From the NCBI GenBank assembly GCA_964349475.1, contig CAYGGT010000005.1:1-42701 (forward strand): a stretch of DNA of 42,701 nucleotides, given 5' to 3'. The translations under genes were made by a program, and so were the position numbers. Under the pieces are notes generated by a model, which did not search any database, was not told the origin of the DNA, and was given only the letters and a program-made list of their open reading frames with translations. Of the stretch, positions 1 through 7,555 are shown piece after piece (the stretch's first letter is position 1; each line of letters starts with the position of its first letter). Source of the DNA: an uncultured Rhodospirillaceae bacterium (GTDB lineage: Bacteria; Pseudomonadota; Alphaproteobacteria; Micavibrionales; UBA2020).

Positions 1-395
1 CCCTGCGCACGATGGGCGTGTCGCCCTTCGAGGTGCTGGTGCTGCCGCGCATCCTCGCCATTTTAATCGCCTTGCCGCTGCTGACGGTTGTCGCCGACAT
101 GATGGGGCTTTTCGGCGGGTATATATTTTCGTCTTCCTACCTGGGGTATTCCTACGTGCAATTTTTATCCCGCATGCAGGAAGCGGCGGATATGCAGCAG
201 TTTTACATCGGCCTGTTCAAGGCGCCCGTTTTTGCCGTGCTGATCGGCATCGTCGGCTGCATGCAGGGGCTGAAGGCGGAGGGTTCCGCCGAAGACATCG
301 GGCGCAAGACCATCACCGCCGTCGTGCAGTCGATTTTTCTGGTCGTCGTGGCGGATGCGATTTTCTCCGTCATCTTCACCAGGCTGGGGATATGA
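1..395 (+). CDS. mlaE: ABC transporter permease, MlaE family (C-terminal part; 5' end lies upstream of the window)
   Basis: The reading frame of ORF 12..395 stays open to the window edge. The polytopic sequence (LPRILAILIALPLL..., FKAPVFAVLIGIVGC, AVVQSIFLVVVADAIFS) is typical of MlaE/Ttg2B permeases. It overlaps the downstream ABC ATPase start by 4 nt. Confidence 0.85.
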   Translation, partial: LRTMGVSPFEVLVLPRILAILIALPLLTVVADMMGLFGGYIFSSSYLGYSYVQFLSRMQEAADMQQFYIGLFKAPVFAVLIGIVGCMQGLKAEGSAEDIGRKTITAVVQSIFLVVVADAIFSVIFTRLGI

Positions 396-1108
396 TGCAA
401 AAGCCCCTGATCGAAGCCCGGAACATCGTCAACAAATTCGGCAGCCATGTCGTGCACGACGGGCTTGACTTTGATATTTTTGCGGGCGAAATCGTCGGCC
501 TGGTCGGCGGCAACGGCACCGGAAAATCAGTGCTGCTGCGCACCCTTGTCGGGCTGCACCGCCCGACGTCGGGGACGGTGATGATCGAGGAGAAAAAAAC
601 CTGGGGCGTTTTGTTCCAGAAAGGCGCTCTGTTCTCCAACCTCACGGTCATCGAAAATATCGCCTTTCAGCTCCGGGAGAAAACGTCGCTTTCCGATTCC
701 GACATCCGCAATCTGGCGCGGATGCGCATCGAACTGGTCGGCCTGCCCGCCCATGCCGGGTCGAAATACCCGTCCGCGCTTTCCGGCGGCATGATCAAAC
801 GGGCGGCACTCGCCCGCGCGCTCGCGCTCGATCCCCGGATACTGTTTCTCGATGAGCCGACGGCGGGGTTGGATGCCGTGGCCGCTGAAGCCTTCGACCA
901 GTTGCTGCGCGACCTCGTGGATAACCTTGGCATTTCGGTGATGATGATCACGCACGACCTTGACAGCCTGCATTCCATCTGTGACCGCATTGCCGTGCTG
1001 GTGGATAAAAAAATAAAAACCGGCACACTGCAAGATCACTTAAAAGACCCGCATCCGTGGCTGCAAGAATACTTCCACGGCAAGCGCGCAAAATTTCTGG
1101 AGGAGTAA
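392..1108 (+). CDS. mlaF: ABC transporter ATP-binding protein, MlaF-like
   Basis: Walker A GGNGTGKS, ABC signature LSGGMIKR, Walker B ILFLDEPTAGLD and H-loop ITHD are present. It sits between the MlaE-like and MCE genes. Confidence 0.9.
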   Translation: MMQKPLIEARNIVNKFGSHVVHDGLDFDIFAGEIVGLVGGNGTGKSVLLRTLVGLHRPTSGTVMIEEKKTWGVLFQKGALFSNLTVIENIAFQLREKTSLSDSDIRNLARMRIELVGLPAHAGSKYPSALSGGMIKRAALARALALDPRILFLDEPTAGLDAVAAEAFDQLLRDLVDNLGISVMMITHDLDSLHSICDRIAVLVDKKIKTGTLQDHLKDPHPWLQEYFHGKRAKFLEE

Positions 1109-1111
1109 AGC

Positions 1112-1786
1112 ATGGAAACGGAAAAGTATTATTTCAGGGTCGGCGCGTTTTTTCTGGCGGTGGCGGCGGCCTTCATCTATTACCTGATCAGCTTCGGCGG
1201 CGGGCAGGAAAGTGCCGACCTGACGCGCTATGCGATTTACTTCGAGAATTCCGTGGCGGGGCTCACCCGCGGCGCGCCCGTCAAGCTGAAAGGCATCTCC
1301 GTCGGCCTGGTGGAAGACATCCGTTTTGTCTCCCGCGACAACGACCGCATTCTGGTGCTGGTGGATGTGACCGAAACCGCCCCTGTGCGCCAGGATACCG
1401 TGGCATCGGTCGGGTTTCAGGGCATTACCGGGACGACGTACCTGTCGCTTGAAAACACCAATCCGCTGGCGCCGCCGGCTTACCTGAAAAAAGAAAAAGG
1501 CGAGAAGTATCCGGTGATCCGCTCCGTGCCGTCGGAGTTGCAAACCGTTCTCTCCAACGCGCCGGAAGTCCTGGGACAACTGTCCAAAACCGCCGAACGG
1601 GCGCAAAAACTTCTCAGTGATGACAATATTGCCGCCGTGCAGGGGCTGTTTCCCGATGCTCACGACGCGCTGGTGGAAGCGACCGGGGCGTTTCGCGAGA
1701 TTAAAATGCTGGCGCGCACGCTGCGCGAAGACCCGTCCGTCATCCTGCACGGCACGCAATACGAAGGCTACAGGGTGCCGCAATGA
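1112..1786 (+). CDS. MCE/MlaD-family substrate-binding protein
   Basis: It has an N-terminal TM helix (VGAFFLAVAAAFIYYLI) followed by an MCE-domain signature (GLTRGAPVKLKGISVGLVEDI). It starts 4 nt after the ATPase stop. Confidence 0.85.
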   Translation: METEKYYFRVGAFFLAVAAAFIYYLISFGGGQESADLTRYAIYFENSVAGLTRGAPVKLKGISVGLVEDIRFVSRDNDRILVLVDVTETAPVRQDTVASVGFQGITGTTYLSLENTNPLAPPAYLKKEKGEKYPVIRSVPSELQTVLSNAPEVLGQLSKTAERAQKLLSDDNIAAVQGLFPDAHDALVEATGAFREIKMLARTLREDPSVILHGTQYEGYRVPQ

Positions 1787-2385
1787 GAATGGGACTCCTG
1801 CCTCTTCTTTTCCTTCTGGGCGCTTGCGCCCTGACACCGCGGGACACGGGGAAAGCTTTCCTGTTCGCGTTGCCGCCGGTGACGACCGCCGTAACGACCA
1901 CTGGCGCCGCCCTGGCGGTCAGCGACAGCCTGATCGTGGCCCTGCCCGTTGCGGCGCCGGAGCTGGATACATACCGCATCGCTTTGATCCGAAAAGACGG
2001 ACGGCGCGATTACTATGCCGGCGCGAAGTGGGTGGAATTTTTGCCGTTGCTGGTTCAAGCCAGCCTGACCGAAACGCTGAAAGACGCAAAATTGTACAAG
2101 ACAGTGGCGACGGATCAGAGCGGACTGGCGGGCAGCCGGGTTCTGAAAGCGGAGATCGGCGCGTTTCAGGCTGAGTATGCGGCGGAGTCAGCGCCGGTCG
2201 TGAAGATCACGATGTCTGTCAGCTTGCTCGACCGCTTCAAAAGAATCCCCAGCGCCGCTTTTGACATCCGCGTCGAAGAAAAAGCCGCCGCCGACCGCCT
2301 GCCGGAAATTCAGGCGGCTTTTGCAAAGGCTTTTGCGAAGGCTCAGAAACAGATCGTGCAGGAGCTGGATCGCGTATTGCCATAG
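1783..2385 (+). CDS. ABC-type transport auxiliary lipoprotein (YmbA/PqiC-like)
   Basis: It has a signal peptide with lipobox LLGAC. It overlaps the MCE gene by 4 nt. This is the position of the auxiliary lipoprotein in alphaproteobacterial MCE operons. Confidence 0.65.
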   Translation: MRMGLLPLLFLLGACALTPRDTGKAFLFALPPVTTAVTTTGAALAVSDSLIVALPVAAPELDTYRIALIRKDGRRDYYAGAKWVEFLPLLVQASLTETLKDAKLYKTVATDQSGLAGSRVLKAEIGAFQAEYAAESAPVVKITMSVSLLDRFKRIPSAAFDIRVEEKAAADRLPEIQAAFAKAFAKAQKQIVQELDRVLP

Positions 2386-2434
2386 GGATGCAATTGGTTT
2401 AAGACTTCATGAATAAAATCTTCGGAGAAACCGC

Positions 2435-4351
2435 ATGTCCTTAAAAATAAAAACCTTCAGCAATGCCAGCGGCGGCAACAGCGCCTTTAAGGCGCTGAGC
2501 CACCCGCTGGCGGCGGACAAGGCGGTCGCTCTTGTCAAGCGCCTTGCGCGGATGGGGCCGGTGGCGATCTACGATCCGTTGGGGCAGGCGGCGGATTTTG
2601 ACGCCCTGTATGACCTGTCAGGCGTGAATGTGGCCGGGGTGTTCGTGCAGAATATGGCGGATGTCGGTAAAAAACTTCTTGGCCGCGAAACACAGCCCGT
2701 CGGCAACCTGCCCTTCGCCGGCGCAAGGGCCGTTTTCGTCGCGGCCTTCGATGCCGGGTGGGTCATGCGCCAGGTCGGGCATCTTTTTCCCGACAAAGCC
2801 GACGTGCTGATGCTGGACGAATTGCGCCTGCCCGATGAATTCCTCACCAATACGCGCAACTACCTCGATCCTTTGAACTTTGCCACCAACTTCGCTTTCT
2901 TCCGCGAAGCGGCGGGGCTGCACACGCGGGTGGTGACGGTCAATTACTGGGCCGGGTACGGCGCGAAAAACGCGGCCCTGTGGCTGTGCCTGTTCGACGA
3001 TCATGGAAAAATCCTGGCGCAATGGCGGGAGCCGCTGGGCGGCGGCGCGCATCTGGTCACCATCGACAGCCAGGACGTTCGGCGCAAATTCAACCTCGGC
3101 GATTTTTCCGGCAGCCTTTTCATCCACGCGACGGGCATCGCCGGGCATGATGTGGTGAAATACGCGCTTGATACCTATGGCGATGACGAGACGGTTTTAT
3201 CATGCACGCACGACGCCAATGCCTGGCCGGCGGATCTTTACGCCGGGGTGCCGGCGCCCGGTAAAGGTGAAAAAGTCATTCTCTGGATCGAGAATAGCCA
3301 CCCCTGCGCCATTCCGGCCAATACCGTCGGGCTGAATTATATGGGCGCCGATAATATTGCTTACCTCAACAAGCAGATCGCGCCTTTCGCGACCTATGCG
3401 CTTGACGTGGCAAGCCTGATGCCCGACGCCGTCTGGCCGCAACAGCTGGAAGTGCAGGCCGGAAAACATTTTGTGCGCCCGCGCTATGAAGTCGTTGTCG
3501 CGAACGGCCATCGCCGCATCGCGCATGCGAATGTCGAACGCACCGACTTAAAGCCCGACCCGAATATTCCCGGCCTCTCCAACATCCTGGGCAAAGGCTA
3601 TCTGCTGCCGGCGCCGATTTTGCCGCTGGAGCGCTGGAAGAGCATCGTCCAGCCGACGCCGATGGCGACGTGCCAGGAAGACCTGCCGGTGGCGCTGCTG
3701 GTTTACGACGCGACCGGCGCCGAGGTGTTGCGTCACCGCATCGGCAAGCTGGCGCGCAAGGACAGCGTCGCGATTGACGTCGGCGACGTGCTGAAGCGCA
3801 AGGGCATCGAAACGCTGAAAGGCGGCTTCGGACACATGGAACTGGTCTATGATTTCGCCGACGGCGGCAGCGCCGACGGCTGGCTGCACGCGCTCTTCCG
3901 CTATGAAGACAGTTTGAGCGGACAAGGGGCGGAAACCAGTTTCGGTGCGCATATTTTCAATACGCTGATGGTTTATAAAGGAGAGCCGCAGTCCTACAAC
4001 GGCAAGCCGCCGGGTTTAAGCACGCGGCTGTTTTTGCGCATCGGACAAAAAGACGTCGATACCCTGTGCCACCTGATTTACCCGGCCTCCACCCCCTGGC
4101 ACGCGTTTTCGGAGACGGATCTGATCCTGTTTGACGGACATGGCGTGGAGCTGCTGACAAAACGCGTCCGGATCGCCTGCAGCGGTTCGCTGCTCTGGCG
4201 CTACACGTCGATGTTCAGCGAAGAAGAACGCCAGCGCGCCGGAAACAATGCTTACGTCATGATCCGCGACACCACCTGCCGCCTGTTCGGCTACCACGGG
4301 CTGATCAACGACGGAAAATCATTCAGCCTGGATCATATGTTCGGGTTTTAG
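2435..4351 (+). CDS. Hypothetical protein, 638 aa, soluble, with a thrice-repeated L-[FY]-D-x-x-G motif module
   Basis: This is a long clean ORF with host-like GC and a GGAGA Shine-Dalgarno 7 nt upstream of the ATG. I recognise no family motif. Confidence 0.7.
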   Translation: MSLKIKTFSNASGGNSAFKALSHPLAADKAVALVKRLARMGPVAIYDPLGQAADFDALYDLSGVNVAGVFVQNMADVGKKLLGRETQPVGNLPFAGARAVFVAAFDAGWVMRQVGHLFPDKADVLMLDELRLPDEFLTNTRNYLDPLNFATNFAFFREAAGLHTRVVTVNYWAGYGAKNAALWLCLFDDHGKILAQWREPLGGGAHLVTIDSQDVRRKFNLGDFSGSLFIHATGIAGHDVVKYALDTYGDDETVLSCTHDANAWPADLYAGVPAPGKGEKVILWIENSHPCAIPANTVGLNYMGADNIAYLNKQIAPFATYALDVASLMPDAVWPQQLEVQAGKHFVRPRYEVVVANGHRRIAHANVERTDLKPDPNIPGLSNILGKGYLLPAPILPLERWKSIVQPTPMATCQEDLPVALLVYDATGAEVLRHRIGKLARKDSVAIDVGDVLKRKGIETLKGGFGHMELVYDFADGGSADGWLHALFRYEDSLSGQGAETSFGAHIFNTLMVYKGEPQSYNGKPPGLSTRLFLRIGQKDVDTLCHLIYPASTPWHAFSETDLILFDGHGVELLTKRVRIACSGSLLWRYTSMFSEEERQRAGNNAYVMIRDTTCRLFGYHGLINDGKSFSLDHMFGF

Positions 4352-4511
4352 TGCTCCGACAGATATGATAAACCGTTTGAAATTAATCATTAAAACAACA
4401 GCCTGTCCGGGTACATTGTTTATGATTTTGTAAATATATTTGATTTTCATATTATCTTATGTTATTGTCCTTATGATATTAATTCAGAGAACCATACAGG
4501 AGAAAAACATC

Positions 4512-4988
4512 ATGACGACTTTCAAAGAAAGCCTGCTCAACCCCTTCAGCACGCTGGCGCAAAATGCCAGGGACCGTTTGTTGACGTTTTGCGGAGGCGC
4601 TATTTTGGGTGCTGGCGCTGTTGTTGGTACTCTTGTTGCAGGTGCCGTGAGCTTTGCTGCCGGCTCTGTTGCCTTTATAAATCCTGGCCCCTTTAGCCCG
4701 ATAATGGCCGGTATTATTGGTGGTACAGTTCTTAGTGTTGCCATTCCAGGCGCGGTCTATGCGCTGCTGACTGTTTCTCGCGTTCTTGACAAAACCATTC
4801 ATAAGAACACCGTTCAAAAGCGGGAAATTGCAGAACCGTATGGCTGGATAACAGGTATAGCGGTCAGTGCTGTTCTGGGTTTATCTATCGCCAACCAATT
4901 TTGCGACAGTGCTGAAAAACCAAAGGCTGCGCTGCAGGAATTAACGATAAAAACAGATATCGGCCCCTACAACTGTCGAAAACTCTGA
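4512..4988 (+). CDS. Small Gly/Ala-rich membrane protein (hypothetical)
   Basis: The ATG at 4512 is preceded by CAGGAGAAAAAC. The 4440 start in the ORF track has no RBS. There are three or four Gly/Ala-rich hydrophobic segments (GGAILGAGAVVGTLVAGAVSFAAG, IMAGIIGGTVLSVAIPGAV, ITGIAVSAVLGLSIA). The gene lies in the AT-rich islet. Confidence 0.5.
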   Translation: MTTFKESLLNPFSTLAQNARDRLLTFCGGAILGAGAVVGTLVAGAVSFAAGSVAFINPGPFSPIMAGIIGGTVLSVAIPGAVYALLTVSRVLDKTIHKNTVQKREIAEPYGWITGIAVSAVLGLSIANQFCDSAEKPKAALQELTIKTDIGPYNCRKL

Positions 4989-5048
4989 AAGCGTCAAGTC
5001 AAGGCTGACCGTGGCTGAACCTGAAATTGTTCGCAGCGATATCCCTTT

Positions 5049-5462
5049 TTATACGCGCGGCTTTTCCTGATGAATACGCTCAATTGCCGACTGGACGAGA
5101 AAGGAAGACCTGTCATGGTGCTTGCCTGTTCTTTTCAGCCAGTTGTCAATAACTTTCATATCTGATTCGCGGGCGGTGATGTTAAAGCGTTTTACGGCGA
5201 TTTTCGGCACTTTTACTGAGACGGGGATCATGGCAATGGCCGTTTTATCCTCAATAATATCCTCGATGCTCGACGGGCCGGGAATGAGGTCGCCGTATTC
5301 GACCCCGACATCAATATGGCCTTGCAGGGCCTCCTGTGCGTTGTTTAACAGTTCATCGAAATCGACACCCGCGGAGGTGCAGCCGGGAAAGTCAGGAAAA
5401 CTGACCCCGTAATCGCTGTTTTTATCCTTATGCACCACGCCTATATAAATTTTGTTTTCCAT
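5049..5462 (-). CDS. hicB: HicB-family antitoxin
   Basis: The N-terminal HicB fold signature is present (YIGVVHKDKNSDYGVSFPDFPGCTSAG...EALQGHI). A C-terminal DNA-binding tail follows. It starts 1 nt after the hicA stop. Confidence 0.85.
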   Translation of the reverse strand: MENKIYIGVVHKDKNSDYGVSFPDFPGCTSAGVDFDELLNNAQEALQGHIDVGVEYGDLIPGPSSIEDIIEDKTAIAMIPVSVKVPKIAVKRFNITARESDMKVIDNWLKRTGKHHDRSSFLVQSAIERIHQEKPRV

Positions 5463-5463
5463 T

Positions 5464-5661
5464 TTATTTATCCTTTCTCAGGGTTACACCGGACTGTTTT
5501 TCTATCGCACGCAAGGTGCCAAGCGGCGTATCTTTCTTTGGATGAACAACTGTCGTCGTACCCGGCTTTCTTGGGTGTCTGAGGTGAAGGTGGCTACCTT
5601 TTTGCCGTATCTCGAACCACCCATCCGCTTTCAGCTTTTTTATAATTTCTTTGCTGTTCAT
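5464..5661 (-). CDS. hicA: HicA-family mRNA interferase toxin
   Basis: The sequence MNSKEIIKKLKADGWFEIRQKGSHLHLRHP...VVHPKKDTPLGTLRAIEKQSG matches the HicA/YcfA pattern (GW...GSH...H). I use the internal ATG at 5661, not the 5709 ORF start. Confidence 0.85.
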   Translation of the reverse strand: MNSKEIIKKLKADGWFEIRQKGSHLHLRHPRKPGTTTVVHPKKDTPLGTLRAIEKQSGVTLRKDK

Positions 5662-5667
5662 ATCTTT

Positions 5668-5697
5668 ATTATACACATTATATACACACCAAGTCAA
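5668..5697 (-). promoter_or_regulatory. Candidate sigma70 promoter for hicAB (TTGACT-N18-TATAAT)
   Basis: On the minus strand, TTGACT lies at 5697-5692 and TATAAT at 5673-5668. Only 6 nt separate the -10 box from the hicA ATG, and there is no Shine-Dalgarno. Confidence 0.35.
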
Positions 5698-5710
5698 GAC
5701 TTCTTGCATA

Positions 5711-5755
5711 ACCTCATCTCCCTTCGGGAGAGGGTCGGGGTGAGGGAGAGAGCGA
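5711..5755. repeat. Solo copy of the GGGAGAGGG hairpin repeat with a GGGGTGAGGG tail
   Basis: The sequence is tctccc-ttc-gggagagggtcggggtgagggagagagcgat. It is related to the two copies at 6331-6480. Confidence 0.55.
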
Positions 5756-5795
5756 TCTGGCGAATATGAACGCAGATATCGCCCTTTCCATCACC

Positions 5796-6083
5796 TTACC
5801 GCAACGCGTCAATCACTGTTTCCGGCGCGTATTCTATTACCCGAAGATAGTGCCGGGCACTCACGTCCGGAACACGCTTTCCTTGCTCCCATGCGCTCAC
5901 AATGGAAGGAGAGAAACCGAAGACGGCGGCAAATTGCTCCTGTGTGAGTTTCATCTTCCTGCGGATTTTCCGCACGTCGGGAGACTTGATAACGATACGT
6001 GTTGAGGGAAGCGCAGTGCGGCCCTCCAGGTGGTCCTTCACTTCCATCAGTGCGCCCATCAAATCGTCGAATGTTTTACTCAT
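5796..6083 (-). CDS. XRE-type HTH antitoxin (HigA-2/NadS-like)
   Basis: A 95-aa protein whose C-terminal HTH reads LTQEQFAAVFGFSPSIVSAWEQGKRVP. The layout is that of antitoxins paired with RelE/HigB-2-type toxins. Confidence 0.8.
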   Translation of the reverse strand: MSKTFDDLMGALMEVKDHLEGRTALPSTRIVIKSPDVRKIRRKMKLTQEQFAAVFGFSPSIVSAWEQGKRVPDVSARHYLRVIEYAPETVIDALR

Positions 6084-6205
6084 CGCTTTTCTCCTTTCGT
6101 CCTCAATCGCTCCGCGGTTTCGCCAAGATTTTTTTCACGCCAAATTCTTCTCGCCTCACGGTCGAATTTTTTGGTGCGGTAAACAATAAAAACAGCATCG
6201 CCCAT
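6080..6205 (-). pseudogene. 41-codon stub resembling the N-terminus of a HigB-2/RelE-type toxin
   Basis: My own translation is MGDAVFIVYRTKKFDREARRIWREKNLGETAERLRTKGEKR. It makes an ATGA overlap with the antitoxin start. It is far shorter than the roughly 100 aa usual for such toxins. It is absent from the ORF track because it is under 60 aa. Confidence 0.3.
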
Positions 6206-6330
6206 ATCTATCACGATAGCACTATGTGCTAGAAAATCAATATAAAAATACTACCCAGTGCTTTTTAAGCATTATAAACAAATAAAATCAAATGGTTATA
6301 CCAACGGCCCCAAGTTTTGACCTGTCTTTT

Positions 6331-6480
6331 TCCCCTCTCCCGCAGCGCGGGAGAGGGCGGGGCCCATGCAGCATGCTGCGTGGGAAGGAGAGGGAAAGCT
6401 TTGCTGCATGTTCAAAGCTTCTGTCCACCTCGCATCGCTCACCCTCTCCCCAGCCCTCTCCCGCGTTGCGGGAGAGGGGG
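6331..6480. repeat. Composite palindromic element: two about 33-bp hairpin repeats in inverted orientation flanking about 85 bp (MITE/BIME-like)
   Basis: 6331-6363 reads tcccctctcccgcagcgcgggagagggcggggc. It is nearly identical to the reverse complement of 6448-6480. Each arm contains a perfect 11-bp stem (ccctctcccgc/gcgggagaggg). The interior holds further palindromes (gcagcatgctgc; catgcagca...tgctgcatg). Confidence 0.6.
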
Positions 6481-6493
6481 GTAGCATGCGAGC

Positions 6494-6528
6494 AAAAAAG
6501 AAAGCCCGGGATTTGGTCCCGGGCTTTC
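6494..6528 (-). terminator. Rho-independent terminator downstream of the pilin gene
   Basis: On the minus strand the stem gaaagcccggga/tcccgggctttc has a 5-nt loop and is followed by TTTTTT. It lies 28 nt after the pilin stop. Confidence 0.7.
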
Positions 6529-6555
6529 TTTCAGATCATCAAAAAACCAGCAGCC

Positions 6556-7359
6556 TTAGCCCCCGATTTTGAAGTACTGACCGCAGTCTTTGGAGTCAGC
6601 GGCGCTGTAAGTATACGGTACCGCGGCGCCAGCATAGCAACTTGCAGCCAACCCATAAGACTGGACAAATCCGGTCGCGGGAATACCATCATCCATCTTG
6701 CGGTCCATCTGACCCGCCAGAATCGGCGTCAGCACGTTGGTACCCACAACCGCACCCAGGGGGGCAGAAGGATTCGGAACCAATGCCAGAGATGTACCAG
6801 TCAAGCTCTCAGGAACCGGGCGGCCAGGAATAACAGCTGTCGCAGTTGTGTTGGCATAGCCCACAATAAAGCCGCCGCCAACCCGTGCCGCCGGCAAAGA
6901 GCCTCCAAAAGATGGAGCGATACTAGTGATACCATCATCCGTCACGCCGGAAACCAGGTTGGCGTGGGCCAGGTGCACCCAGAACAACAAAGTTTCATTG
7001 TTGACGTTACCGGCAGTAGGGCCCCCGGCAAACGAGGCCGACTGAAGCGCACTCATGTCCCAGGTATCGAGTCCCACAATGCCGTCACCCGCCGTCACCG
7101 CAACGGCGAGGCCGCAGTTTCCGCAGTTCGGGACGCGTGTGGGCGCTGTCACCAGATCACCCGGAATGCCGCTGTAAGTATCCTGGAAGGTCGTTACAGC
7201 CGCTTCAATTGCTTTCACCTGCGCCATCGTTGCCGAGACGCGGGCGTTTTCCATCAGCTGCTGGCCCTTCAGAATGCCGCCGATCAGAAGTCCGATAATG
7301 GTCAGCACGATCGCCAACTCGACGAGCGTGAAGCCTTTTTGTTGGTGCATTTTTGTCAT
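6556..7359 (-). CDS. Type IV (a-type) pilin, unusually long at 267 aa
   Basis: It has a short leader and a class III signal (MTKMHQQKG|FTLVELAIVLTIIGLLIGGIL). A C-terminal Cys pair (SCYAG...SKDC) fits a D-region disulfide. The Shine-Dalgarno AAGGGGA is present. Confidence 0.9.
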   Translation of the reverse strand: MTKMHQQKGFTLVELAIVLTIIGLLIGGILKGQQLMENARVSATMAQVKAIEAAVTTFQDTYSGIPGDLVTAPTRVPNCGNCGLAVAVTAGDGIVGLDTWDMSALQSASFAGGPTAGNVNNETLLFWVHLAHANLVSGVTDDGITSIAPSFGGSLPAARVGGGFIVGYANTTATAVIPGRPVPESLTGTSLALVPNPSAPLGAVVGTNVLTPILAGQMDRKMDDGIPATGFVQSYGLAASCYAGAAVPYTYSAADSKDCGQYFKIGG

Positions 7360-7555
7360 GTTTCAGATTCCCCTTTGGATGTTGAAGTTTACGTTTAGTG
7401 AATGAGCAACGCTCATGAGTTTGGTGGACATACACCCATTATTCAACCAAAAAGTTGAAGAATTTATTAAAAAACGCAAGACGGCTGCTCAAAGTGACAA
7501 AATGATCAGTATTTATTTCGATATGCAAAAAGTCTCTCCGTTGCACCGGCCGTTC

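Noticed and set aside
4440-4511. The ORF-track start at 4440 for the small membrane protein.
   Set aside because: It uses a non-ATG start in AT-rich promoter-like sequence (TTGATT...TATTGT). The ATG at 4512 has a canonical AGGAGA upstream.
4352-6290. I looked for flanking direct repeats, a tRNA target or an integrase that would define the AT-rich islet as an integrated element.
   Set aside because: I found none by eye, so no mobile_element feature is called.
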